DNA of 61,926 nt, the filler included, from Sluysia triapertura (taxonomy: Eukaryota): assembly GCA_046118255.1 (NCBI GenBank). It is 5 parts of 5 records of this genome, joined end to end, with 100 filler letters (N's around TTAATTAATTAA, not from the genome) between each part and the next. Parts side by side here need not be neighbours in the genome. Positions count along the whole stretch, not along the records: positions 36,671 to 48,896 come from JBJNIA010127852.1; positions 48,997 to 61,926 come from JBJNIA010072059.1; 3 more parts are not named here. One strand, 5' to 3'. This document shows positions 39,780-52,229 of the stretch, in pieces. A program made the translations under genes and the position numbers. Below the pieces are notes generated by a model. It made no database searches. It saw only the letters and a list, made by a program, of their open reading frames with translations, and was not told the DNA's origin. Every line of letters begins with the position of its first letter. Position 1 is the stretch's first letter.

Positions 39780-41563
39780 GTAGTCGATAAAAATGCTTTT
39801 TGTACACAAACTAGTATATCAATTTTGATGAGGCATGTTCATTTTAATTTAGAAAAATCTACTATTATAAATGGGAAAAAAATGAGTTCGTTGTAATCTA
39901 AGACTTATAATGCGAAAATTTTCAAACAAATTGAAGGTCAAATATTATTGCTGTAATTTATACAAGTGGAAATGCTATTTGTGTTAACAAGTACAATTCG
40001 ACAATAGTACTTTAAAGAATTTTTATTATTAAACATTATAACAAGTTAATAAGTGATTTTAAACATCTATTTAAAATGATAGTTTCAAATAATATAAATA
40101 ATGTTTTTACAATATTCTACGATTTTATTCCATTATTTAAAATGGATTTAAAAGGAATGCCGAATTAACAATACTTTAATAATAACGCAAGCGACAATTA
40201 ATGTTTTGTTAACCTGTAAAACTATACGTTCAATAAAAGTCGAGGATAACAAATATTAACAGAATGCAAATAGAGAAACTCGTTAATTATTTAAAGGTAT
40301 TTGTTAATTTTAATTAAGATTTTAATTAACTATTTAAAATGGTAGAGAAAAGATTTAGATGAATGATTTGTAAAATGTAGCTAAAACCTAAAATAAAATC
40401 GAACTAATGTCAAAATTTTACAGTAATGTAAGGAATTATCCAATGATACAATTTTGTATTGTCTCTGGAAATTGTTTTAATTTTCGCCAAAAATTAACCC
40501 GTTGATATTTAATGTATAAAAATTATCTGACGAAGAATTTGCGTAAATTTATTTATAGTAATTGTCAATGTAAAGTAAAAGAATAACGTTTAATCAGAAT
40601 GATATGTTTAGGTGTTAATTTTATACAAAAATAAAATCCTTTGTCAAAGTGTGTGTCAAACACAACTAATGTATTTATTGTTTGTAAATTTATTAAAAAT
40701 TCAAAAATTTTCCTTGTATTATTAAAATTAATAAAAGAACATAAAAGGTTATAAGATTTATTATAATTAATCAAAAATTCTATTAGCATACTTTCGTAAA
40801 CATCTTTAAACAAAAGTCGTGTTCCACCACCTAAATATAAATCAAAAAAATAATTAAGTCACAAGGATAAAAAGAATCAATTACTTTAGGTTTATCTAAG
40901 CTGTCAGTCTTTGAAGAAGATGTTGTGTTTGCAGAATATATTGGTCGCGAATTAACTTGGAGATTGTCGACACGAATTTTCAAGTAGCCTAAAAGGTTTA
41001 GCTGGTATTGGTACTGTAGAGCCACTTGGTTTGCATATGCAAAGAAACTGATCATATCACTTGTTATAACATGTTGCAACATACGATTGATGTTTACTAA
41101 CATACAACGTCCCTTTATAGTTTTATCAACGTAAATAAATGTATAAACGTCCATTACCATTGTACTATTAATCAAAAACATTCTTTTATAATTATCATTG
41201 AAGCTTTAGCTAACATCATCAAAGTTTTAACTAAATATCGTTTTTTATAATTCTATTAACATGAACTAGTATATGCATATCAGTAGTAATTGAATCTGTA
41301 ATCATATAAAATCTTTCTATAACTTTATCAATGTTGAATTTAGTGTAATCCGAAATAAATTCATCTAATCTTATTTTATCATGAATAAGTCTTAAAGTAA
41401 CATCTAAATTTCGAACTTCTATTTTATGGTAAGCAAATACTTCATTTAGTAATTTTTCATACTCATCATATATTCTGTAATTATTATATTCGAAAACAGA
41501 CAATAATTAATACTTTCGATACGCAAATCTAATTTGTTGAGCACCAAAATAAATGTTGAGCAT
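39780..41563 (-). pseudogene. Decayed multi-exon gene: unknown N-terminal region plus RIO2-like kinase remnant
   Basis: Several broken ORFs with short GT-AG introns; aligns with the 52-55k copy; TG*Q (40206-40217), LLKYC*FGIPFKSILNN (~40144-40182), DYNEL (39884-39898) and IVDF..MPHQN follow RIO2 motif order. Confidence 0.55.
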
Positions 41564-41688
41564 TAAAATAAACTGTTAATTATTAAATTTAAATTGTTGC
41601 CTTATAACAAACGACTTCGTTTTTATTATAAACTGTTGCGTAGAAAATTTATTGTGACATTTTAATTCTATCGCTTTTAAGCTTCTAT

Positions 41689-41746
41689 TGGTTGTCCAAC
41701 CAGAAATATAAAATTAATTAAGACATGGATTCTGGTTGGACAACCA
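41689..41746. promoter_or_regulatory. Perfect 17-bp inverted repeat with CCAAT-like cores, upstream of the 41.5k pseudogene
   Basis: TGGTTGTCCAACCAGAA-N24-TTCTGGTTGGACAACCA. Confidence 0.45.
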
Positions 41747-42044
41747 GTAATAGTACATTTAACTTCAAATTGAAGTATTTGCAGCCATCATCACCAGGTG
41801 GCACTTATGATTAATTCGACTCATTTGAAAACTGTCAGCTGGTGACAGACAATTNNNNNNNNNNNNNNNNNNNNNNNNNNNNNNNNNNNNNNNNNNNNNN
41901 NNNNNNNNNNNNNNNNNNNNNNNNNNNNNNNNNNNNNNNNNNNNNNNNNNNNNNNNNNNNNNNNNNNNNNNNNNNNNNNNNNNNNNNNNNNNNNNNNNNN
42001 NNNNNNNNNNNNNNNNNNNNNNAGATATATAATTTAATATAGTT

Positions 42045-42061
42045 TAATAATAATAATAATG

Positions 42062-42109
<48 letters not shown>

Positions 42110-42600
42110 TAGAATATACATCTAGTGTAAAATTAGTACTAAAAGGAATTAAAATAAATCATATTTCAGAAATAGAAATAATCTTATTCTTTTCTTAAAT
42201 AATTCATTACCTTCCAGTAATTTGACATTCTCTGGTAGTCTGTTGTACATTTTTAAACAAGCAATATACAATCTGTCACTATGGATCCTTTATAAATTTC
42301 TTCCTCTTATATACATAAATCATTTTGGTTTCCGAAATCAAGATTCAATAAATATAATATAGCTATAATATCAGTTTCAATAATTTTACTACTAATGTTA
42401 TTACTTTCAATAACGGGTATTACTCTTAGCTCAATTCTTTCTTTGTCTGTGTAAAACTCAAATTTTTCTAACATTTTACTGATATTAAACTGTCTAATAA
42501 ATTTTTCTATAATTAATTTCTACTATATTGTTCATTTCAATCTAGAGTTGAAATAATATAAATGCATTTAACATATGTATTATCGTGACAGTAAGGCATA
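42045..42600 (-). mobile_element. 3' fragment of a CR1/L2/Jockey-group LINE with (TAT)n tail
   Basis: IHSDRLYIACLKMYNRLPENVKLLEGNELFKKRIRLFL fits the K.YN.LP..IK.....FK..LK..L end of ORF2, followed by the microsatellite tail at 42045-42108; 5' limit approximate. Confidence 0.7.
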
Positions 42601-43938
42601 TTGATGAACTCTCTTCGTTCTGATTTCACCATCTAACCACCAAGGCCAACAAGACCAATAAGGAAATCTATGATATAACATAATTTACCAGTCAGAAATA
42701 ACAACAAGTATTCTAACTCAAATCAACAAGATTTTAATGAATCTTATCAAAATGTAGAATTATAAATTCGTAAACAAAAATTACTTGTTGTATGTAAATT
42801 TATGTATAAAACATTTTAATAGTAATTTTTATATTTTTTATGTTTAATTATTTGTAAACTTATGTACATAAAACGTTTTAATATTTTATTTTATATTCAA
42901 ATATTTAACTTAAATATTTTAAAAATTAAAAAAATCAATTTACGAATTTATTATTTATTATTATTTTATAAAACGAAAATATTGCTTACAAATTTATTAT
43001 TATTTTATAATAAGCTAAAACATAAAATATTAATAAATACAAAATAAAGTTGCAGCAAAAAGTCAATAAATTATTTAACTACTATAATGAAAATTTAATA
43101 TAAAAAATAAGTCTCACAATTATTCACAACACATATCATTTGTCATACGTCATACGTTACGAGAGTAAAAGCTTTGGACAATACGTCGCAGATGTTTCAA
43201 ATATATTTTTCTTTCAGTGGAATTCGATTTTAAATAAAACAACAAATACTTGTAACATTATAACTAGTATTATATTGTTCGATTCGAGATGATATCAATT
43301 GGAATAATTTTATTTCATTATTATCCATTTATATACGATTTGGAATTTTCGATGAATTCGTTAGTTGATATTTTATAAGATTGTGCTTAAATACTTAGCA
43401 ACAAAATATTCGTAAAATACCATTTATTTTTACAATACAAGCATTCGCCTGGATCAATTTAAATCTTAAGCTATCAAGATAATGAAAGAGCAAATCTTCA
43501 ATTTTAATTTATTGTTGTTTTGTTACAATATATTTTTATTTATTTTAATATTCATAAATAAAATATTTTTATTCATTATTCTTAAATCAATTTAAAGTAA
43601 TAGTTATTAGGTAGTACTTGTTATACAGTTAAAGTAAACTTATTGTAATTCGAGTTAGAAAAAGTAAATTTAGATAAGACATAGTTATTAACCAAACAAA
43701 GCAAATTCGTGATCTAAAGATAAATTTGTTATAAAAATTTAATTATAGCAAGTGCAAAAAATATTTAACTACTTAAATTACTAACGATTATCTTTTTCCA
43801 TTAAGGACTTCAAACTTCGAAAACTTAACAGTAAAATTAATTATAGGTGTTGTGAATTTATTATTAGTTAGAATTTATTGCTGAGAAGAATTTTGTTATA
43901 TAGAAAATATTAGAGAATCCTTTCGTAGTTATTTGACT

Positions 43939-43991
43939 AAATCCTGTAATTGTGTCTTCCGCGAGATATACCACAAATTACAGGCGAACTC
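43939..43991 (+). other. Conserved hairpin motif, copy C
   Basis: AAAT-CCTGTAATTGTG...CACAAATTACAGG-CGAACTC, ~12-bp stem. Confidence 0.6.
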
Positions 43992-44299
43992 ATAAGAGAT
44001 TTTTATAATTCTTATATAAAAATTACATAAATTTTATAAAACACAACAAAAAGAACATCAACAGGATCAACAAAATCAATCAACAATATTAATTCAATAC
44101 AAACACGACAAGCAAACTAAACAAAAGAATAACCAATACAATCATCGTAACAAAACAATTAGTACCAAAAACCATTCAAATTAAATTCATTACATAAATA
44201 ACTCTACAAAACCTAATATAATGATTATAATGACCACTAAAACGTTGAGCATTGTTTTTCGGTTAGACAAGATTACCAACACAAATTCAACGTATGACA

Positions 44300-44850
44300 G
44301 CAAAAAAAATTGTTAGCATTTAGCTTCATTTCGTTTGTATAATCTGGAATAAACCCGATATGTTTAATTTTGTTGGCTTAATAATTGAGTTCTTTTTTAA
44401 ATAAATCCAAAAAAATTAGTCATTTAACAACAATTTCGTAATTAGAATCTTCTACAATTTAAATCAGATTTATATCAACTGTCTATAATACTAATGAGTT
44501 TTCCATTAAAGCATATAAACATTTACAAGTCGAACTTCTTACTGAACGATCTGTTAAACATATTTTTGTGTTTTTTTAAATTAACGCAATGAAATTAGCC
44601 TTGGAATTAAGCTTGCTTCATTAACTTTAATAAAACCATTATAGTCTCTTCATAATGCTTTCTGAACATTCGATCAAGGCAACTATATATTTCTCGTAAG
44701 ACTGTCACAGCTGCCAACTTGATTGCGAGATAACTATCATGCTTGTTTTTAATCATGTCATTGCATATTTTTATTGAAACGAAAGCTGACTCATCAACAA
44801 AAAGAGTTGCATCATTTCTTCCTTATAATTTTCTAATAGTTGGATGAAGA
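44300..44850 (-). mobile_element. Degenerate IS630/Tc1-like transposase fragment
   Basis: TLFVDESAF (~44780-44807) and LMEN (~44500) at spacing compatible with the first and second catalytic D; many stops. Confidence 0.4.
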
Positions 44851-45389
44851 GACTTCTAATTGATTAAGTAACATTTTTAAAATATGTTCTTGTTTTTCCT
44901 TCCTGTCACTTTTATTTGTCACAAGCAGAACTTTATCCAAGTACCTTAACAAACTATGAATAAACAGAAATTTATATCATTCAGCAACTTTAACAAAGAA
45001 GTTTCATTAAACATAAGACTCTTAGCGAATTCCATAAAACATCAAAATTTTGTATTTTAATTTTTAATATTATTACTTTTTAATTTTACACATAATTTAT
45101 TCCATCAATCAAAACACCTAATCGTTTCCACCATTAAATTTTTAGAGTGACAAAATGGTTAAGTGTTATGAAATCAGCTTGTTGTAAATAGTAGTTGTGC
45201 AACACTTAACATAATTTATTTTGAAAGTATATTTTATTATTGTTATTATAATTATAATTATTGTTATTATTATTATAGAGTTATTATTAAATCTTTATTT
45301 ATATCTTCAAATTCTTTTGTACAAAATCTTGACATTCATTAAATATATTTGATATTTGAGCTTAAAGTATATATGTCTAAAATTCTCCT

Positions 45390-45965
45390 AACAATTGCTT
45401 AAGTTTTTCTTCTAGATTTTGCATGATTCAATGTATGTTGATTTTGAGTAGACTTATTTGGTTTTATGACTTTAGTACTTTGAAATAGTGAATCACAAAT
45501 TTCATTAAATAATGACTTTAGAATTACATCATCACACTTTGAAAGAATATTGAATAATTGAGGATCCTTGCAGTTCTTACAATTTGGTTCTTCAAATCGA
45601 ATAATTAAAATATTTAATTTTTCTACATCATTCTTATTACTACATTCTCAATTATTTCTTTGCAAATATCTTCATTAAGTTTCAACAGAATTCATCAACT
45701 TCTACACTTACTAACACAAAACAATTCGTAACGAAAACCTTTTAAAGAATCTAAAATAACCACCACTACATCCTTTTTCCAGTTTATTTTGAACTAATAT
45801 TTTCAACTTAGATCGAAGCTCTTTCAAGTTTATCTTGTTTCAAATTTCAAGTTGCAATTCTGATATATTTTCTTAAATTGTTCCATAAATCTTGTTCCAA
45901 CTTCTTCATAAGAGAAGTCTCAATAAAATTAATCAGTATCTTACATAAGAATTTTCTAATTTTTG
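45390..45965 (-). pseudogene. Decayed N-terminal copy of the unrecognised (RIO2-fused) gene family
   Basis: FKKIYQ..INLKELRSKLKILVQNKLEK..GY aligns with the 41k/37k N-termini; KNDVEKL..IRF aligns with KNDILKI..IRF at ~54.8k; short GTAAG intron near the start. Confidence 0.4.
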
Positions 45966-48896
45966 TTTAATTTTCAGTTTAGTTATACTATCAATATTTT
46001 AAAAAAGATAATTAATTAATACATTTTTTGATTTTAGATGCATTTATTGAATGTATTAAGTGATATAATGTATGACTTATATTTTGTGAAATGGTATTAT
46101 TTGATGATTCGATCATATTCGAATAAATGTTATGATTTAAGGGTTAAGATTATAAATTTAATTGTGATTTATGCATTATGGTGTGTTTATGTAATTTTTT
46201 GAATAAATTTGAATGTTAAAAGTTGGGCCACCATTGTTAGATGTTCTTTTAAAATTACTAAGGTATGTAAGTTTTATTTTAAGATTACATATTTGTAAAT
46301 ACTGTAAGAGTTATTTTTACCTATTTAAATATCACTGAACTTAAAATTCTATTTTGTACTATATATAAAAAAGTAAATGGTAAATGTTTATGCATCTAAA
46401 TTCACAAAGTATATAAGCAATAAGCAAAAATTAAATTTTTTAAATTACATTACGCAATAACGTATATTATATAACTTTTAAATAAATAAATTAAATTCAA
46501 TATTTATTAATGATCACAAATAAAGTTTTTTAAATGTATAATCTTCATTTGGGAATAATTTGTAACTTTTACAATCTTAAGTTTAAAAACGATATGTTAT
46601 TTTAGAAAATCAATTAAGACATTTGTAATTACATATATTATTTATTAATAGGTTTAACTCGAGTGAGAAGTTTTAATTAAACATTATCAATAAATCATCA
46701 ATTTTAATAAGTTTCGATATTTTTAAAATTTAATCACTTGTACTAAGATTATGTGTTGCTAATTATTTTATTATCAAATAAATCACTTTATTTCTATATA
46801 GACGATGAGTAAAAACAAGGTTGAAATTAAGTTAATCAAGATGATGATAAATCGGTAGTTATTTGTTAAGTGTAATTACAGAATTACCAAGTACAAAATC
46901 TATAGTAAATTTAAAAATAAACTGTTAAGAAAAACTTAAATAACTTTAACTTTAAATTTAAAGATAGCGAATACAACAATAACTCACTGAAACTGCAAAA
47001 CTTGTCTTTATGTATTATGTATTTATGCTTTAATATTCTTATCACACTCATCATAATCATCAACTCATAACAATCATAAACAAACTTCAACACAAATCAA
47101 CACATCTTACACAAACAAGTTATTAAAAAAACTACACATCAAACCACTTCTCAATACATACAAAACATAAACACAGTCATAACATATCTTTACTATAGTG
47201 GATCGTGGAAAAAATACATTGTACTGTCATAACATCAAACTAGAACACATATCCTTACTAAAAAATTATTTCTAGAGGTATGTTGTATTGTTTCTGTAAT
47301 TTTGTTGTTTAATATAAAGTATTATATTTCTGTTTTAATTGAATTGTTCATAATAAAGATATTTAGTTTCGTTAAACCGAAATTAAATGCTTTTTACGTA
47401 AAGTAAAGGAAAGTTAAAATTTATAATGTAATTTAAGTAATTTTTAATTTAAACAAGAAACTAATAAATTTTGTAAAACCCACTACAGTATACAATAAAT
47501 TACAACATACAATAAATTATATTTGCAGCATATATATAATATGATTAGTCGTGTCAAATAAAATACAACTTATTGCTTTATTAACCAACGTTTATTGTAA
47601 AATATAAAGCTAAATATATAATAGTAAATATATTGTTCTGAGTTTAACAAATAAAATGAGTATGCATCAATCAAACTTAAAATATTTTCAAGTTTTAGAT
47701 TTGTCACATTTTTTAGAATATAAATTTATATAAATATTAATTTTTTCTGACGCTTCGTTTTGATATTCATGATACTTATAAAATACACAATTATTAATAT
47801 TTTTAAATCAAAATTTATGTTAAAGATAGTGATATATTAATATAACATCACAAACCAGTCAAATCCTTTAATTTTAATCTAAAGATATCTAAATAATACA
47901 TTTATCTGTTAATAATTATAATATTTTAAAAAAATTAGTAATACCTTAATTAATAAGATTAAACTACTATAGACAATAGTTGTGTTATGTTTGAAATGAT
48001 TTTTATTTTATTAATCAATTATTCAGAAATTTTGTACAGCATTATAGCATACTTAAATAAAATATACAACAATCATATGCGACTGAAAATACATTAAAAC
48101 GCAATCAATACAATGTTTATAATTAAAGTACTATTCGGTGTCATACATAAATACAACTGCGTCTAATATACATACGTAACACGAAACCTTTGGTCCCTCA
48201 TGATAGAATCATAAACTACTGACGTTTACAAATGATAAATATAGATATTTGAAGACAGTTACAGGTTTGTGTTATATTTAGTTTCTGTACTGTATTTAAT
48301 AGAGTAAATCGAATGAAACAAAAAAAATTTATAAAAATTGTGTACGTCATCGGCACAAAAATTTATGTTCATAACTTAATAAAAATAAAGTAATAAAGTA
48401 AATAAAGAAATATAATGTACTAAAATTTACACCATTAAAAATAGTCAACGAATATTTGGCTATTTTTCATGAAAATGAAAATATTTCTTAAATTAGTTAT
48501 GTATACATAATTCCATTAACTGTTTATTTGGAATTTATAAATTGTGTTATTATTGAGACAATTTAAAATCAATTTAATTTAATATTAATGACAATTGAAC
48601 TGTATTCTTTCAATATTTTGTTTTTAAGAGTTAATTTAGTCTTTTCAATTTGTATCACAATTTACATATTTTTTTATTTTTTGCATTATTTGGGGGGTTT
48701 ATAAACTATAATTGTGACGCTAAAAATAGCCAGTCTATACGTACGTACAAACATACAACTTTTCATAAAATGTAATAGTTACATAAGCAAACTAAATACT
48801 TGTTAATTCACAGTACATTTGTTAATTAAAGCAAAATATATTTTTCAAACCTAACAAATATTAATGCTGCAGTTGCTTTATAAACACCATATATAT

Positions 48897-48996
48897 NNNN
48901 NNNNNNNNNNNNNNNNNNNNNNNNNNNNNNNNNNNNNNNNTTAATTAATTAANNNNNNNNNNNNNNNNNNNNNNNNNNNNNNNNNNNNNNNNNNNN
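48897..48996. other. Artificial scaffold-joining spacer
   Basis: N44-TTAATTAATTAA-N44. Confidence 0.95.
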
Positions 48997-49470
48997 GCGA
49001 CGTCCTAATTGACAATGGACAGTATTACTATTGTCGCATAAAATTAACTCAAATTGAATGTGCGACCCCTCGCATCAAAATTTAGCATCATCTTGCATAA
49101 TTTGTGCAAACTTTGAATTAGAAAATTCCTGATAAAGTTCAGATAAAATTCTTTCATCGATTTTAAAATTCGCATACAAGAAATTAATTTTTTAGTTATT
49201 TTTAAACATTTTCAAATATTCAAGTGAAAAATTCAAACAAAAAAGGAAACCTTTAGAAAATGAAAGCTTATTTTTGCAAAAGCATAAATCATACATAAAT
49301 TTTTCTGATATACATCTTATATACATTATTAAAATATAAATATATACATAAGTTAAAATTTGAGTGCTGCCAAGGAGGGCAAAGAAGGCCATATGAATAA
49401 GAAAATCTATAATTAGTTTATAAATAATAAAACTTTTATTTGTAAATAATTTAATTACGTGAATTGAGTA

Positions 49471-50224
49471 AGTTGGGCGAGATATGATGATATTATAAGA
49501 TGGATAAAATGTTTATGAAAGGGTTTGTAATGAATTATACTTATACTTATGTCTATGTTTATTAATGGATGTATATTTAACAGCAAAAATGATGTGTATA
49601 GGTGTGACACTACAATTTTTACCCATTAGTATTATTAATAGTTTTTATTTCACATCGTGCTTTTTAATACAATGTTCCTAAAATTTGATTTCATATCACT
49701 GTTATTGATTAGAATGCTTTTACATTTTGATGACATATAATTTTGTCTATTCTATAAAATCTTTAATTTAAGTTAATTTTGATCGAGAATAATGTTATTT
49801 ATTTTTAATTACATAATTCTATTCAATCTGAATTTAATATAATTTATCTTGTGTATTACAAATATCCTAAATCATGTTTTTAAGATAATCTTGATCCAGT
49901 TTTATGCTCTTATAGTTTGATTTCATATTTTAAGATAATTTCTTAACTATAGTAGGAAGGTTTAATGTTTATAAATTTTAATTTCATATTGCCTTTATTG
50001 AATCTCACTTTAAAATGATTTTTTTACACAGATTTAATTTAAATTTGATTGTATTATAAATTTTGAATTTCTATTAACTGCATGCAATCTCATTTTAAAT
50101 TGATACTAAAGCATTATCTTAGTAATTTTTGGAGAATTATTATTTTAACATTATTTTAAGATGAATAATAATTATTCTAACAGATTTTATTAAAAATGAG
50201 TATTTTGTTAAGAATTCTTTTACA
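49471..50224 (+). mobile_element. LTR-like element related to 29975-30864 but lacking the tRNA cassette
   Basis: ~49670-50195 collinear with revcomp ~30005-30510 (e.g. ATTTCATATCACTGTTATTGATT, GTTAATTTTGAT.GAGAATAA); starts AGTTGGG; boundaries approximate. Confidence 0.5.
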
Positions 50225-50384
50225 AAATAAAATATTACATTAATTTAATTTATTTCATAAAAATTTTTGAATAAAAATTATAAATTCTACAGATATAATA
50301 AAAATTCATAACAAAATAAAGCAACATCAGAATTCAAAAATAATAAAATTTAATAATAATAAAGTTTAACAATAATGATAATGC

Positions 50385-50445
50385 TTTTTTTTGTACTTAA
50401 GCTACGGTAAAATAATTCTGCGCAGAGTCTGGTTACAGTGGGCGT
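50385..50445 (-). mobile_element. 3' fragment of the TGTTGTCA solo-LTR family
   Basis: Revcomp ACGCCCACTGTAACCAGACTCTG...TTACCGTAG matches 13144-13210 and 20820-20860. Confidence 0.45.
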
Positions 50446-51430
50446 ATCAGTAACTAAATTGTTAATTCTAAACGTGTAGATTGACTTGTTTGTTTTTACA
50501 CCTTAAGACGCTTAAATTATTTAAGTAAAACAGAATTGAAGTAAATTTTATTAATAACAATAATCACAAGGTTTTAATATCAATTATAAAGCAAATACAC
50601 ATTTAGCATGCGAAATTTGAGAAAATAAAATTGTTGAAATATTTTACAATTAAAGCCTTAAGGCCTTTAAATTATTAATCGAATATTTTTCAAAATTAAA
50701 TTTTTTCCAAAATTTCTACAAAACATGATAATAAGATGAAAGTCCATTTTCTGTTAGGAAGCTAGAAGGTTGCATAAAAAGAAGCTTATACAAACGTTGC
50801 CCAAAGAAGCGAAAGTTTTAAAGCCAATTATTAGTTCATATATATAGGTTTCGATGTCATGGTTTAGTTTAGACCAATAGCTACAGATTTATACAAAAGT
50901 TATCGCAAGGTATTATTTTAGTATGGTATTAACTGTATATAAAAGTGAAGGGAGCGAAAAGGAAACCTCTACATATTTCGCAATAATGTATATGCACACT
51001 AATTATATTACTAATTATATAACCAAGATCTCGTTCCATGTTACTTGTATCACATCTCTCACTTGAAGGAAAACGTGAAACAAAACGAAACAAGAAAAGA
51101 AATAAATGTGCTCAAACACGTGAAGTAGAGCATTGATCAAAATAGATCGCACATTGAAAAATAAATTATTTTCGACAGTATAAAATCTATGCTTTATAAA
51201 TTTTAGTGTTACTTTCTTATCAGTTGCGAAACCTATCGATGGCCACATTTTTTTCGTAGAATGATTTTTTCACAGCTATAAATATTTAAAGTAAATTTTT
51301 GTATCCTAAACCTATCTTGTAACTTTGTTCAAACATCTTTTGAATCATTTGTAGTTTAACATTTTTATGTAGAATTATATTAACCTAAAGTTTTGCTTAA
51401 ACTTTATTTACTTTGGAATGTTTTATTCAG

Positions 51431-51536
51431 AGGATATACTAACAGAAGATAAAGGCGAATGTGTGATATGTTTAGTTGAATTAGTGGCTGGTGATACTAT
51501 CGCTCGATTACCTTGTCTTTGTATTTATCATAAAAG
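51431..51536 (+). CDS. ZNRF2: E3 ubiquitin ligase ZNRF1/ZNRF2-like RING-H2 exon (internal)
   Basis: EDILTEDKGECVICLVELVAGDTIARLPCLCIYHK with CAG/GT boundaries; the GDTIARLPCLCIYHK string is typical of ZNRF1/2. Confidence 0.92.
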
Positions 51537-52229
51537 GTTTGTTATTTATTTTAATAATTATATAGTATACATTTATTAAATTAGTTCTAAATTAAATTAG
51601 CTCTATAATTTTTCCAGTAGAGTCCAAACATAAATCATACGATAATTTGTAGAAACTTTAAAATAATTTAGTAACTATTTTTAGGGTTTATAAATAAAAC
51701 CAATAATTTATTTTAACCTAATTGAAAGATTAAGTTCTGTCACAATTTCAATATTTTGACACTTTGTATAATATAATACTATCATTATTAGGCGATGAAT
51801 AACTGTCGATATTTCAGTTCTCTCAGAATAATTTATTTTTTAATTTGTATCGATAGTAATGGTACTTTATAAATATTTTGTCCATTTTGTTATACTATCA
51901 CAAAGAAAGCAAATTTTTTATTAACTAAAATAAAAAATATCATTTTTATCTTCATATTGTTAATTTTTGGCAGGATAATAACTTATTTTTAAAACTTAGT
52001 TACTTTAAAAATATTTTATTTAGGAAACGGAAATGTTTATTAAAACTTATTGATTAAAACTAGATTTGATAAGCTCCTTTATGCATTCAAAATATAAATC
52101 TTTAGTTACCATTAATCATGAAAAAAGTAATAAATCCAATATAATAAATCTAATAAAAATAATAAATTTGATTTCAACTCAATATTCCTAAATTTTATAA
52201 TATCAATCTGTTATTCAAAAATTAATTTC

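Noticed and set aside
44778-44830. LFVDESAF as a viral terminase Walker B motif
   Set aside because: No Walker A or other viral genes; downstream LMEN spacing fits an IS630/Tc1 transposase better
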